From Eledone cirrhosa (taxonomy: Eukaryota), in the NCBI GenBank assembly GCA_964016885.1, contig OZ024742.1, positions 45,694,001-45,758,000 of the forward strand: a stretch of DNA of 64,000 bases. The letters run 5' to 3'. The translations under genes and the position numbers were made by a program. Each line of letters opens with the position of its first letter. Positions within the stretch are counted from its first letter, which is position 1. This document shows, one piece after another, positions 53,051 through 64,000 of this stretch. The notes under the pieces are model-generated. The model was not told the origin of the DNA. It saw nothing but the letters and a program-made list of their open reading frames with translations, and did no database searches.

Positions 53051-53683
53051 ATGTGTGTGTATATAAATTTGTTAATGAAGCCAGCTGATTAGGAATCCAT
53101 ATAGCCCCAGCTGGTTCATTACTCACTCAATGAGACATAAGATATAGACGTGGGAACATACAAAACCATATCTCAGAGTGCACACTATATATTATTTGTA
53201 ATAGAGACAGCTGCACGTGGTTTATGGTAAATTGCATCCCATAATGTCCCGGACTAATTAGTTTCTGTGAGGATGGACTGATCAGACACATGCAGTTGCA
53301 CCTGTCATTCACAGTGGTTATGCCAAATCCACATCACTTCATCAGTAGCTAAGTCCTTTCAAACAGCAGCAAGCCTGTGTACGGCATCTGCAAATGTCAA
53401 GTGGTCAGTTACTACTAGATGTAGCAGCTACAAGCCAGCAGCAAACACATAATGTCAGAGGAAGTCAAATAGCCAACTGTTTCTAGGAAACGTTTTTGGG
53501 CAGGAAGTTCAAATATTGAATTTATATATTATATATCTAACCCATGCTAGCGAGGAAGATAGACGTTAAACGACGATGATGATGATGCTATATATATACA
53601 CACACATACATATTGTGTGTCTGTTTGAAGGAAATCCAAAACTTTTCAGGATTTAAACCATCTTTTGAGGAGGATTTAATTAA

Positions 53684-53757
<74 letters not shown>

Positions 53758-53790
53758 ACACTAGGTTAAATTCTTAACAATTTCATTTGT

Positions 53791-53845
53791 CAAATATGAG
53801 CGTTTTGCTGTGGAATTATTTCCGCAACTCATCAGGCTATCTTTG
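53791..53845 (-). ncRNA. Degenerate hammerhead-like motif at a probable PLE terminus
   Basis: ctgatga-gttgcggaa-ataa-ttccacagc-aaaac-gctc; GAAA is changed to AAAA. Confidence 0.35.
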
Positions 53846-54194
53846 AAATGCATGTTGACAGGATTTGAATTCTACTAGAGAGTTCTTATGCAAGGGGAGA
53901 GAACATGTGGGGTTTGGTTGCCAGTTATACAAGGTGTGTGGTAACTCTGACTTAGGTTTGTGTAAAATAGGAAGAAGTAATTTAGGGTTGGGGAATCTAT
54001 TTTGTAAGCTGGAAAGGTGTTATGGGGTATATACCTAAAATGTTTCTTGTATGCTAGATAGATTTTATAGAGGTTAGAGCTTCATAGAAGGAGTGTTGTT
54101 TTTTTCTTTATTTAGTGTGTTAGAAAGATATATGTATAAATATAGAAAATATGCCTGCTGGGACTTATTTGTATACCTCAATTCTGGCCAAAAT

Positions 54195-54720
54195 GGCTTA
54201 CTTACAGAAATAGATCTCCTGAATATGCAACAGATGTAGTGTAAATAGTGACAAATACACCAGCATGGAAGAATTCCAAAGAGCTCTCACCAAAAACAGC
54301 TATCCAACTTCTTTCACCAAACATCAAGATGCCAAGGCATCACCAAAGAGAACTAGGACATGTGCCCATAATGATTACATATGCTATCTAAAGCTGTTTC
54401 ATTTCAATGAGAGGACGACTGCTGCCATCCAACAAGCTAAACATAAGGAGGCTAAACATACAACTGGCACACTTTGGACCCTCCCTAAAGAGACTACTCT
54501 CTAAACATCAACCTATATACAATATATGTGGACTTCCTAACTGTCCCATCAACAATGCGGAAGTGTGCATGAGAATGTATGTCACCTCAGGGTTACATGC
54601 AGACGATGTACTCTCATACATTGGAAGTACTGGACATATAGATCAAGGAGCACATGACTACAGGAGCTTCCTCTATAAAGAAACAACTTGATAAATGCTG
54701 CAACCAAGAAATTGATACAT
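54195..54720 (+). pseudogene. Decayed PLE linker/GIY-YIG fragment
   Basis: ALTKNSYP, CGLPNCPI..C, SYIGSTG. Confidence 0.5.
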
Positions 54721-54763
54721 ACATGATGATGATGATGAATGATGATGACATATATACACACAT

Positions 54764-55175
54764 ATCATCATCATCATCATCATCATCATCACCGTTTTAC
54801 GTCTGTTCTTCCACGCTAGCATGGGTTAGACGGGTTGTCCTGTTGTAGGCAGTGTCCAGTCGGCTGACCTTGTCTTGCTCATACGGGAACTGATTCTGGC
54901 TTGATCTTGATTTCTACAGCTGGATGCCCTTCCTAACACCAACCTCATTTACAGTGAGTGCCGGGTGCTTTTTTTCCATGGCACCTACACGACCACTTTG
55001 CAGTGGAATGATAGGGACCCCAGTCCTATCATCTCATTTCTACAGCTGAGTAAACTGAAGCAATGTGAAATAAAATGTCTTGCTCAAGGAAACAACACAT
55101 CACCCGGTCTGAGAATTGAGCTCACAACCTTTCGATTGCAAGCCTAATGCTCTAACTACTAAGCCATGCGCCTTC
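54764..55175 (-). mobile_element. SINE family 1 variant with complete RTE-B 3' end
   Basis: tRNA/CORE-like head plus a tail matching 43850-43970 (caggacaacccgtctaacccatgctagcgtggaagaac). Confidence 0.85.
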
Positions 55176-55199
55176 ACTATACACATAAATACATAAGCC

Positions 55200-55545
55200 A
55201 GATGAGTTCTTTGACACTACAGCACTATCAGTGAAATGGCAACCATCAACTACATAGATATAAAGGAAGAAGATGTAATATTACCCATAGATGAAATAAG
55301 ACCAAATTCAGTTGCTGGCCCTGATAGATTCCCAGCAAGTGATAAACTACCTGGAAAGCTAAAAGAAGGCATAATATGTCCTATCCATAAAGGAGGTAGC
55401 AGAGCAGATGCTAAAATCTACAGACCTGTCTCCCTGACCTCACATATCAGCAAAGTCATGGAACAAATTGTCAGAAGGAAACTGATCACGTTCCTAGAGA
55501 AAAATAGTTTACTGACACCGAGCATGGCTTTTGCCCAGGAAATGA
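55200..55545 (+). pseudogene. CR1-like RT fragment
   Basis: PNSVAGPDRFPA, PIHKGG..YRPVSLTSHISKVMEQIV. Confidence 0.7.
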
Positions 55546-56289
55546 AAACAGGAAGAGCATCCAGTCACAGAAAATCAGTCAAACAAAAGATTGGGAAGAC
55601 CTCTTCAGCTATGCCAAAAACTTGCCTAATGTTGGTGCCGCAATAAAATATACTTGGCAGAGCATGTGATTGTATGTCAGGATCCCAGTCTACATGATGT
55701 TCAACAGCTCCACTTGAGTACTGACTAGTCGGTGACAACATGTTCAATGTTAAATGAATGATGATGAACAATGAATGGTTTCTGAATTGTTTATAATTAT
55801 CTTTGACATCTCATGTTTTACAGTTGCTATCACATATATTGAACAACTAATGATTGGATATGTTTTACATCTTCATGAAAACCATTAGCACTTTAATTCC
55901 TTATTAAATATTAAGAGTCTAATGATTTTCCTTTGTGTGTGTCTGTGTGTGCATTTGTGTCTGTGTCCATGTGTGTTTGTTTGTGTCTATATAATTGAAA
56001 GAAAAAACAGCTTTTCGAGCAGAATTTCATTAAGAGGAGATAAAATATTTATTGGTAATGTTATAATGTTGAATACTTTGTCTTATTGGTTGAATAAATC
56101 TTTGGTATTTTCAATAATAATAATTATTCAAATGTCCTTGTAATGTTTGATGTAATCAGAACATTGAAAAATATATTCATAAAAGCACCAAGGAAAATAA
56201 CATAAAATACAATAAAATAAAATAAAACAAAATTTCTGTGAATTCCTTTATGGCTTTGTGTGCCTTTATTGATTTCAAATTTAGACACA

Positions 56290-56478
56290 TGGCCAGAACA
56301 TTTAGGAGGAAGAACAATGTTGATTAAATCAACTCCAGTACTTCACAGGTACTTTATTTTATTAACTTCAGAAGGATGAAAAGTTGACCTCGGCATCATT
56401 TGAACTCAGAATGTAAAAAACAGAACAAATACTGCAATAGTGTTTTATCCAACTCTTTACCAATTCTGGCAATCCACC
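56290..56478 (-). mobile_element. Degenerate SINE family 2
   Basis: ggtactttattt..aaggatgaaaagttgacctcggc..tttgaactcaga..ctggcaatccacc is the reverse of 46520-46704. Confidence 0.6.
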
Positions 56479-56544
56479 TTTGTTATTGATAATGTTAACT
56501 ACGAAAAAAAGAAAAAGAAACAGCATGTAGGCCATATATATATA

Positions 56545-56735
56545 ATCATCATCATTTAACATATATTTTCCATGCTAGCATGGGTTAGACGAGTTGTCCG
56601 ATTTAAAGCAAGTCAAGTCAGGTGACCATGTCTTGCTCATACAGAACTGATTTTGGCTTGGTTTCTATGGCTGGATGACTTTCCTAACACCAACCGCATT
56701 TACAGTGTGTGCTGGGTGTTTTTTGTCATGACTAC
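56545..56735 (-). mobile_element. RTE-type 3' tail fragment
   Basis: ttccatgctagcatgggttagac..cctaacaccaacc..tttacagtg. Confidence 0.65.
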
Positions 56736-56945
56736 ACAACATACGTAATGATTTAGCAGAAAATATATATGAGAAATACATTTGTTAAATGTTTCTAGCA
56801 TCTTTACTAGTAGATAGATTGTTCTAAAAATTTACATTATTGGAATAAAACCTTTAATTTTTAATGTGATAGAATTATAGTGTTGTTTTATAGCTTTTAA
56901 GATTGTGTTGCTAATGCAATTTCATGTGGTACAGAATGTTAAGAA

Positions 56946-57175
56946 TTAACCCTTTACTATTTACATTACTCTATATTTACTATTATATTTTCACAGTAAA
57001 CACTTTATTTCACATAATATCTCACATAATATTGAAACTAAGAGATTTTAATATTATTTAATATTATTTATTCTGAAAACAATACCATAACATCAGTATG
57101 ACTATGGCCAGTTTGAACAGAAAAGGGTAAGAAAATTCTGGCCGGATACAGCTGGTTTAAATGCTAAAGGGTTAA
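56946..57175 (+). mobile_element. TTAA-flanked MITE, copy 3
   Basis: ttaa-ccctttactattta .. taaatgctaaaggg-ttaa. Confidence 0.75.
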
Positions 57176-57480
57176 ATAAAAGATGGAATGTTCAGAGTTG
57201 GAATGACTTTAATTATAAGGCTGCTGGACCTCTGGTTAAATATCCTGATCTTTTAGAATTGGTACACCATATCTTTTCATATAAAAAAATTGGCATATAG
57301 GTGTAAAACACTGTCTCAGAAACTCGTGTCAAACCCATGACTTAAAATGCCGATAACGAGGATGAAGGTGATAATGATTATTATTATTTTAAATATTATT
57401 ATTATATTTTAACTATTATTATTTTAAATATTTCATTATATATTTATTTGAAATTTAATGAATTTCTTTTTCTCTTGTAG

Positions 57481-57826
57481 TGATCGATCCCATGGAGGAG
57501 TCCAGGTCTGCTGGAATAAAGGCCGAATTCCACCTTTATCTCAAATTTGGAATCCATTTTCAAATGATATTCCATGGGCAATATTTTGTCATCATCCTCT
57601 TATTTATAACCCTAAGGAATCTGAAACAGCATACTTCAATGTTGACGATTTTTTGGAAACCCTAGTGGACTGTGTTAAGAAATGTTTCAGCCGAAAACGG
57701 CCAAACGAGAACCCTACAATTGTTGAAGGGGCTATTTTGTTAAAGAATTATGTCAATTTGCCATCAGTATTATTCAATTCAAGTTCTCTTGGTTTTAGCC
57801 GTGATCGGAATGGATTCTGTTTCTGA
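57481..57826 (+). CDS. TPRG1L: Terminal coding exon of a TPRG1-like (hSac2-domain, Mover) gene
   Basis: Polypyrimidine acceptor tttctttttctcttgtag ends at 57480; WNPFSNDIPWAIFCHHPL and ILLKNYVNLPSVLFNSSSLGFSRDRNGFCF* resemble the TPRG1/TPRG1L C-terminus as recalled (no search run); AATAAA at 57857. Confidence 0.75.
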
Positions 57827-58219
57827 TAAAAAAAACTGAAAGGGTGGGGTAGATCTAATAAAACCAGACATTGCAGTGAGAAACTGTTGTATTGAGAGGT
57901 GGTTGTATCATCCTAACATTTAACATTACAAAATGAAAGATAAATAGAAAAATATAGTTAAATGGAACAAGAAAAACAAAACTGCTGAAGAACAAGAAAT
58001 GTTATTTTATGAATAAGACAAAAAGAAAAACAAATATAATTGTATTAATTTTTTTTAATGATGGAAATATTTTTCAATTTTATCATAAATATTTTACAAT
58101 TTTCTTCAGTTACTTTTTGGAGTTACAAAAGAAAATGTCCGACTGGGAATATATTAAATATCAAATAATATGTTTAGATAATTTTTATTTTGTTATTTAT
58201 AAACCATTAGACAACAAAT

Positions 58220-58440
58220 TTGTTATGTACACATCGGGTGGGTTGTCATTAACTGTCAATTACCTAATGGTATGTAGGTGAGACAGGAGGAATCTTTGTG
58301 ATACAAATATAATCCCAGGAGAAGAGGTTGTTATACCACACCATTTTGTTGTTTGTGATCTGAGGGGGAAAGGTGGGAAAGACCAACCAAAGCTGAAGAT
58401 GTGGAGGTTAAAAGAAATGAGTGGCAAGAGTTCAGGAGGC
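58220..58440 (+). pseudogene. Old RTE endonuclease fragment
   Basis: YTSGG..TVNYLMV..IIPGEEVVIPHHFVVCDL..KLKMWRLKE. Confidence 0.55.
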
Positions 58441-58730
58441 ATATAGAAGAATGCTTAGAGTGGATTCAGAAGGTTAGAGGGCGGTGTTTAGAATTGTAAG
58501 GCAGTTAGTAAATGAGAGATGTGATGTGACTGTAGAGACCTTATGTGTCTTATCATATCTGCACTCTACTTTTCTCAAGGTATGGAGTACTACATTGAAT
58601 AATAGTCTTACTAGTCATAACCAGTAATATCTTACCTCTCTCTCTTTCTATATATATTTATATAGTGTATGTGATTCAGTGAATTACTGGTGGTGGTACC
58701 AAACAAGCACTCGATTCACAGGCAGAGTGT

Positions 58731-59045
58731 AATATATTAATCAAAACAATGAAGTTTTACTTACATGTATTTAGCTTTTTATTGTGTTTCGACCTGTTAC
58801 ACGCTTTTTGCAGAGGTTTTTCTCAGGGTCATCCATAGAAGTTATGGACCCGACTCCATTATTGATCTGTTATTCAGACTGGCAATCCGACAAACACTAT
58901 ATTTTTTGTCAGATCGCCAGTCTGAAGAGCAGATCGATAATGGATGACCCTAAGCCAATCCTCTACGAAATGCGCTTAACAAGTTGATACACAATAAAAA
59001 ACTAAATACATGTACATGAAACTTCATTGTTTTTATTAATATATA
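58731..59045. repeat. ~315-bp imperfect palindrome (fold-back element)
   Basis: Left arm aaaacaatgaagttt..cagggtcatccat pairs with atggatgaccct..aaacttcattgtttt; inner hairpin attgatctg..cagactggc / gccagtctg..cagatcgat. Confidence 0.8.
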
Positions 59046-59050
59046 TATAT

Positions 59051-59389
59051 GGAGGCACATGGCTTAGTGGTTAGAGCATTGGCCTTGCAATCGAAAGGTT
59101 GTGAGTTCAATTCTCAGATCGGGTGATGTGTTGTTTCCTTGAGCAAGACACTTTATTTCACATTGCTCCAGTTTACTCAGCTGTAGAAATGAGATGATAG
59201 GGACTGCGGTCCATATCATTCCACTGCAAAGTGGTCGTGGAGGTGCCACGGAAAAAAAGCACCCAGCACTCACTGTAAATGAGGTTGGTGTTAGGAAGGG
59301 CATCCAGCTGTAGAAATCAAGCCAAAATCAGTTCCCGTCCCACCCTTGCAAGCAGGGAAAAAGCGGACGTAAAATGAAATGATGATGAT
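59051..59389 (+). mobile_element. SINE family 1, full length, one tail module fewer
   Basis: ggaggcacatggcttagtggttagagca..gagttcaattc..ccttgagcaagacact..gttaggaagggcatccagc..ggacgtaaaatgaaatgatgatg. Confidence 0.9.
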
Positions 59390-59682
59390 ATAATACAGTA
59401 TATAGAGAAGAAAACACAAAAGGGTATGTTTTAAATTTCGAGGAGTAGAGAACCTGAGAGGTTATGGTTCCAACACTGTTTATGGTGAAACATTCTCTTC
59501 TTTGAGTTTGCCCAGGTGTTTTATAGTTATAAAGGTGGGTCTGTGCATTTTAATTTACGTTTTTAATGATTATGTATTTTCCGCACTTTTCGTAGACTTT
59601 ATGCTTTCCACTCTAGTGGTTCTTTACCACTCATAATTGAAAAAATACCCTTATGTGTTTTCTTCTCTATATACTGTATTAT
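59390..59682. mobile_element. MITE-like element with ~40-70-bp terminal inverted repeats
   Basis: ataatacagtatatagagaagaaaacaca(a)aagggtat / atacccttatgtgttttcttctctatatactgtattat. Confidence 0.65.
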
Positions 59683-60799
59683 GAAGAGGTTGGTACTTAA
59701 TCCTTGAGCTCATTAAATTACAGGGGATTAACGTGAGTATTTAACTCCGTTTTTTTGTGATGTAACAACCTTCTCCCCTGCGATTACATTTGTATCACAT
59801 TCCTGCATCAAATGGAACAAAACCATCTAACCCATGCTAGCATGGAAGATATATGTGTGTGTGTGTGTGTGTGCAACTTTACGTTACTATTGGTTCATTG
59901 GTTTACCAGTTTGAGCACTTGATGCATAAGTGGTTCTGGTTTACTATGTGGTATTGCACATTTGGTGTTATACCATGGTTGGTCTCCTTCATAAACAGAG
60001 TGTTAATAATAATAATAATAATAATAATAGTAAGATGTAAGAACAAAGTGTCAAAATATCATTGTTTATTCAAGTGTGACATGCGTTTCGCGATTGATAA
60101 GCTCAAAGTACAGACCAGGAGCCGATCAATTGTGAAACGTGCATCACACGTGAATAAAGATAATGCTGATATTTTGACCCTCCTGCCTACTCCTTACTAT
60201 TATGTGTGTGTGTCTATATAGCTCTGTATACACATAGACACCAAGATATGCATGTCCATGGGTCCATGTAATGGTGTAGATGTATGGGTATAAGAGATAC
60301 GAGAAGAAAGTTGTCTAGTTATATGAATGTGGAGAACGCTCCAGGCTGGTCGGGTCACCTATTAACAACTCTAAGTTACTAATAAGTACAAAATAGTTGA
60401 TTTGCTAATTAATTTATTCAAGACCAACAACTATTTCAGTTAAATTCAGAAACTTTTCAGAATAAATATTCTGAAATATTTTGGCATGTTCATATTTTGT
60501 GTTCTAAATTTTGTTTGATTTTTCTCTTGCAAATTAAATTAAAAGAAAGAGTATTAAGCCTGGAAGTGGTATTTATTTCTTTACCAGGATATGGAGAAAC
60601 TATGTTGCTAAGATAGTTGATATTTTTAAAAAAAATCTTAAAGCAATAAAGATTATCTTGAAGACATAAAATTATATATACTTCATGTTTCTTTGCCTTT
60701 TGCCAAATTGCTGGCCATGTGCCAATGTTAGAAAATGTTGTTGTTGTCGTTGTTGTTGCTATTGTTGTTGTTGCCGTCGCTGCCACCGTCATCGTCATA

Positions 60800-61630
60800 C
60801 TTCTTCTTCAATTGATGTAGCTGAGCTCATGGATGTTATCCAATTATCTTGTTCAGGATCTACTCCTGGGTCTCCTACTGGCTGGTTTTGCCTGTAAAAT
60901 ATGTCCTGCAATTCTTTCCTGAGACATTTTGACGACATATTCATAATATCAGAACTGTGATCTCTCAATTGGAGTAGTAGTGGCTGTATCTGGAGTGATA
61001 CTCTGATCTCCAATGTAATGCTACTCCTAAGACCCTTCGGAGGAACCCCATTTCAGTTGCTTGTATTCACGATTGTATCCTTTTGGTCATTACCCAAGAT
61101 TACCTATGAATACTGAATTGAAGACAGCAAGTTTAACTATTATGTCTACCTCCCTTCTGATTATTGGATGCTGAAGCTGGCACATTACTGCACCACCTCC
61201 TACAACTCTTGCACTTAATTCAGCCTCCTGCCTTCCACACTCATGAACATGGCCCTGAGATACTTGAACTTCTCTACCTGTTTCAGTGGAACTTCACACG
61301 TGTTGAGTGCCCTGCACAGGCTTCCTTGAGTGGACGAGTTTCTCAGTCTTCGCAGCACTGATTTTCATTCTAGCTGTGTATCACTTGGCATCAAACCTAT
61401 TAAGTGTATATCAGAGATTACCTTCTGATGAGTTAAGTATACCATATCATCTGCAAATTCCAGCTGACTGATTTTACACTTGCTAGTCATGATATCGCTC
61501 TTAACCCAGCTGTGCATGCCAATCCAGTTCATGAAGATTACGAATAGGGGAGATGACAGTATGCACCCTTGGCAGAGTCAAACTCCCACGTTGAATGGTT
61601 TCGACTTAGCAACATTTATCCAAACACTTA
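60800..61630 (-). pseudogene. Rex3/Expander-like RT fragment
   Basis: SKPFNVGV*LCQGCILSSPLFVIFMNWI, LEFADD, VVKMSQERIAGHILQAKP. Confidence 0.65.
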
Positions 61631-62004
61631 TTTGTATTCCCAACATTTTAATTGTGAGTGAGAACATTTCTAAAGAATGGAACAAGGATAAATATATTCT
61701 TCATACAAGTTGGTTTCTAATGTGCATCATACATGTTCTGAAACGGAAAAAAAAGAGTTTTTAAACTAAGTTGTTATTTACTGATGTACATGAACAATTT
61801 ATTTAAGATAAATATTATAAGACACATTACATCAATAACATCTAGTTGAATTTGTGATACATTTCAATTCCCAGTTTTAATAATTTCACTCATATTCAGG
61901 TTTGTGCAAATCCGATGGTTTGACCAAACAAGTTGTGAAATGTAGGCTCCATTTCAAACTGCTCATTATAATCACTGCTAAATACATATGATTTCTCTAT
62001 GGGT

Positions 62005-62322
62005 GATGCAAGAAAAAGCGCCCGGACCACTCTGTAAGGTGGTAGTGCTGGTGACATGACAAAAAATGTCCAGTCCGCCCTGCAAGGGGGTAGTGATGGT
62101 GATACAACAAAAAATGCCCAGTTCACCCTGTAAGGTGGTTGTGCTGGTGACATGATGAAAAAGCACCCAGTCCGCACTGTAATGTGGGTGATGTTAGGAA
62201 TGGTATCCAGCCACAGAAAGCAAGCCAAAATACAGATCCGTATGAGCATGACTTGTTTCATAACATGACAATCTATCTAACCCATGCAAGCATGGAAAAA
62301 TGGAGGTGAGACAATGATGATG
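62005..62322 (+). mobile_element. Old RTE-type 3' UTR with four ~40-bp modules
   Basis: Repeated ctgtaaggtggt..ggtgacatga..aaaaa..ccagt units, then gttaggaa..atccagcc and cccatgcaagcatggaa. Confidence 0.6.
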
Positions 62323-62420
62323 TACTTACATTTAACAAAACAATAAAAGAACTAGAATTTGCAAGGAGTAAACCTAAAAAATGTAGGACTATGCCAAATA
62401 ACCTATCTGCCCCACCACTT

Positions 62421-62518
62421 CATAGATTCAATATTATGTGAGATAATTATATATGATAAAGCCTTTACTGCAAAAATACAATAGTAAATATAGAGTAATG
62501 TAAATGCTAAAGGGTTAA
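62421..62518 (-). mobile_element. Partial TTAA MITE
   Basis: tagagtaatgtaaatgctaaaggg-ttaa is the reverse of the MITE left end. Confidence 0.6.
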
Positions 62519-62924
62519 AGATGTTGGACATGGAGGTGGATGACCACTCTACTAAAGGTTTGTTTTGCTTGGCACTGCAAGAACCATTCATGGGTAGTCA
62601 TGTCCTCTCTCCTTACACCAGTCATGGGAACTACTACCACCCTCCCCACCCTTACTCAGCAATAAAAAAAGTCAGGAGTTTCAGTTTTCAAATATCCTAT
62701 TAGTACCTTAATTAATGTCTAATACCTGACAGTATTTAAAGTAATATAGGTCAGAAGAGTTGCCATAACACACTGGACTAGCTGTTTTTATTATTTCCTT
62801 ATTAGGTTTATGTTCTCCTATTTTCATAGCCCACCTTTTACGAAGGCATACTTTGTATTTCATGCTTCAGAGATCAATTGAAATAAGAGTCAATATATAA
62901 CACAGCCATCAATTTTATCATCAA

Positions 62925-63590
62925 CTATTGACACAAAAGAAATCAGTTATTGATGATTGCTACTGTCAACTATAGCTATTGCCAGTAATAGTATTGTCAG
63001 CAATAACTATTGTCAACTGTAGCTATTGCCAATAATAGTTATTGTCAACAGTAGGTATTGTCAATAATAACAGTAGCTATTGCCAACAGTAGCTATTGTC
63101 ATCTGTAGCTATTGCCAATAATAACTACTAACAGCAATAACTATTGTCAACTGCAGCTATTGCCAATAATAGCTATTGTCAACTGTAGCTATTGCCAACT
63201 AGCTATTGCCAATAATAGCTATTATCAACTGTAGCTATTGCCAGTAATAGCTATTGTCAACAGTTGCTATTATCAACAGTAGCAATTGCCAACAGTAAGT
63301 AGCTATTGTCAACTGTAGCTATTGTCAATAATATCTATATCAACAATGCCTATTGTCAATTACAACTATTGTCAATAACAACTATTGTCATTAGTAGCTA
63401 TTGTTAATATTAGCTATTATCAATATTAGCTACTGTCAATAATAGCTATTGTCAACAATGACTATTGACAACAATAGCAACTGTCAATAATAGCTTTTAT
63501 CAATAATAGCTATTATCAATATTAGCTATTATCAATAACAACTATTGCCGATAATAGCTATTGACAATAATAGTTATTGTCAACAATAAC
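62925..63590. repeat. 16-bp minisatellite with alternating variants
   Basis: tagctattgccaataa / tagctattgtcaactg units; palindromic core aatagctatt. Confidence 0.9.
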
Positions 63591-64000
63591 ATATCTCATG
63601 ATAACAACTTGATATTCAAATAGTTGAAACCATAATCCATGAAACTAAAAGGAAATAAAAAAGTATGAATTCAGAGAAGATGTTTCTTTAATAATTTTGT
63701 TTTCTTGTTAACTAATTAACATGAATAAGGCTACAAATTAGCCCCCTTTAATTTTCCTAGACTATCTCTACCTCTCTCTCATCAACTATCAAATTACCTC
63801 CCTTACTGTTTCTTTAATGTACTCTATATCTAAAACACCACTCCCATTATATTTCTTACTCTTTCTTTTTATCCTTTTTTCCGTGGCGCCTACACGTCCA
63901 CTTGAAGGGTGGTTTTTCTGCTAGTATATATATATATATAACGTTAAGACCCTCTTCCTGCTATTTCAAGCATTAAACGAATATATTCTTTCCATATACT

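Noticed and set aside
53071-53121. Hairpin taatgaagccagctg..cagctggttcatta as a twister ribozyme or terminator
   Set aside because: Lacks the twister pseudoknot motifs; single isolated hairpin
59051-59125. tRNA gene
   Set aside because: A/B boxes are present but the sequence continues into CORE-like and LINE-tail sequence in multiple copies; it is a SINE head
62925-63590. CRISPR-like array (also the ~40-bp 3' UTR modules)
   Set aside because: No unique spacers, no cas genes, eukaryotic context

Overview
Eukaryotic, AT-rich animal DNA, inferred to be cephalopod/octopus-like from its tRNA-derived CORE-type SINEs, RTE LINEs and abundant TA microsatellite. Roughly 1.6-36.7 kb is a retroelement nest. 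About 11 kb of alternating purine-pyrimidine (TA)n/(TG)n compound repeat, always TG-rich on the + strand, is interrupted by two near-identical intact RTE-clade LINEs (family A, 1076-aa APE-RT ORF), truncated or deleted family A and B copies, a near-intact CR1-like LINE, ~610-bp bipartite non-autonomous RTE derivatives and a Penelope-like element whose inverted terminal repeats each carry a hammerhead ribozyme motif. Both RTE families carry a C4HC3 PHD-type finger inserted inside the RT region. The right half holds older RTE, Rex3/Expander-like, CR1 and Penelope relics, SINEs sharing the RTE 3' tail, TTAA-flanked MITEs, a truncated Tc1/mariner transposase and fold-back elements. The only host-gene sequence recognised is a terminal coding exon resembling TPRG1L (57481-57826), so most of the window is probably intronic. 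The many Y/I/C/V/H/T-rich ORFs are microsatellite artefacts.
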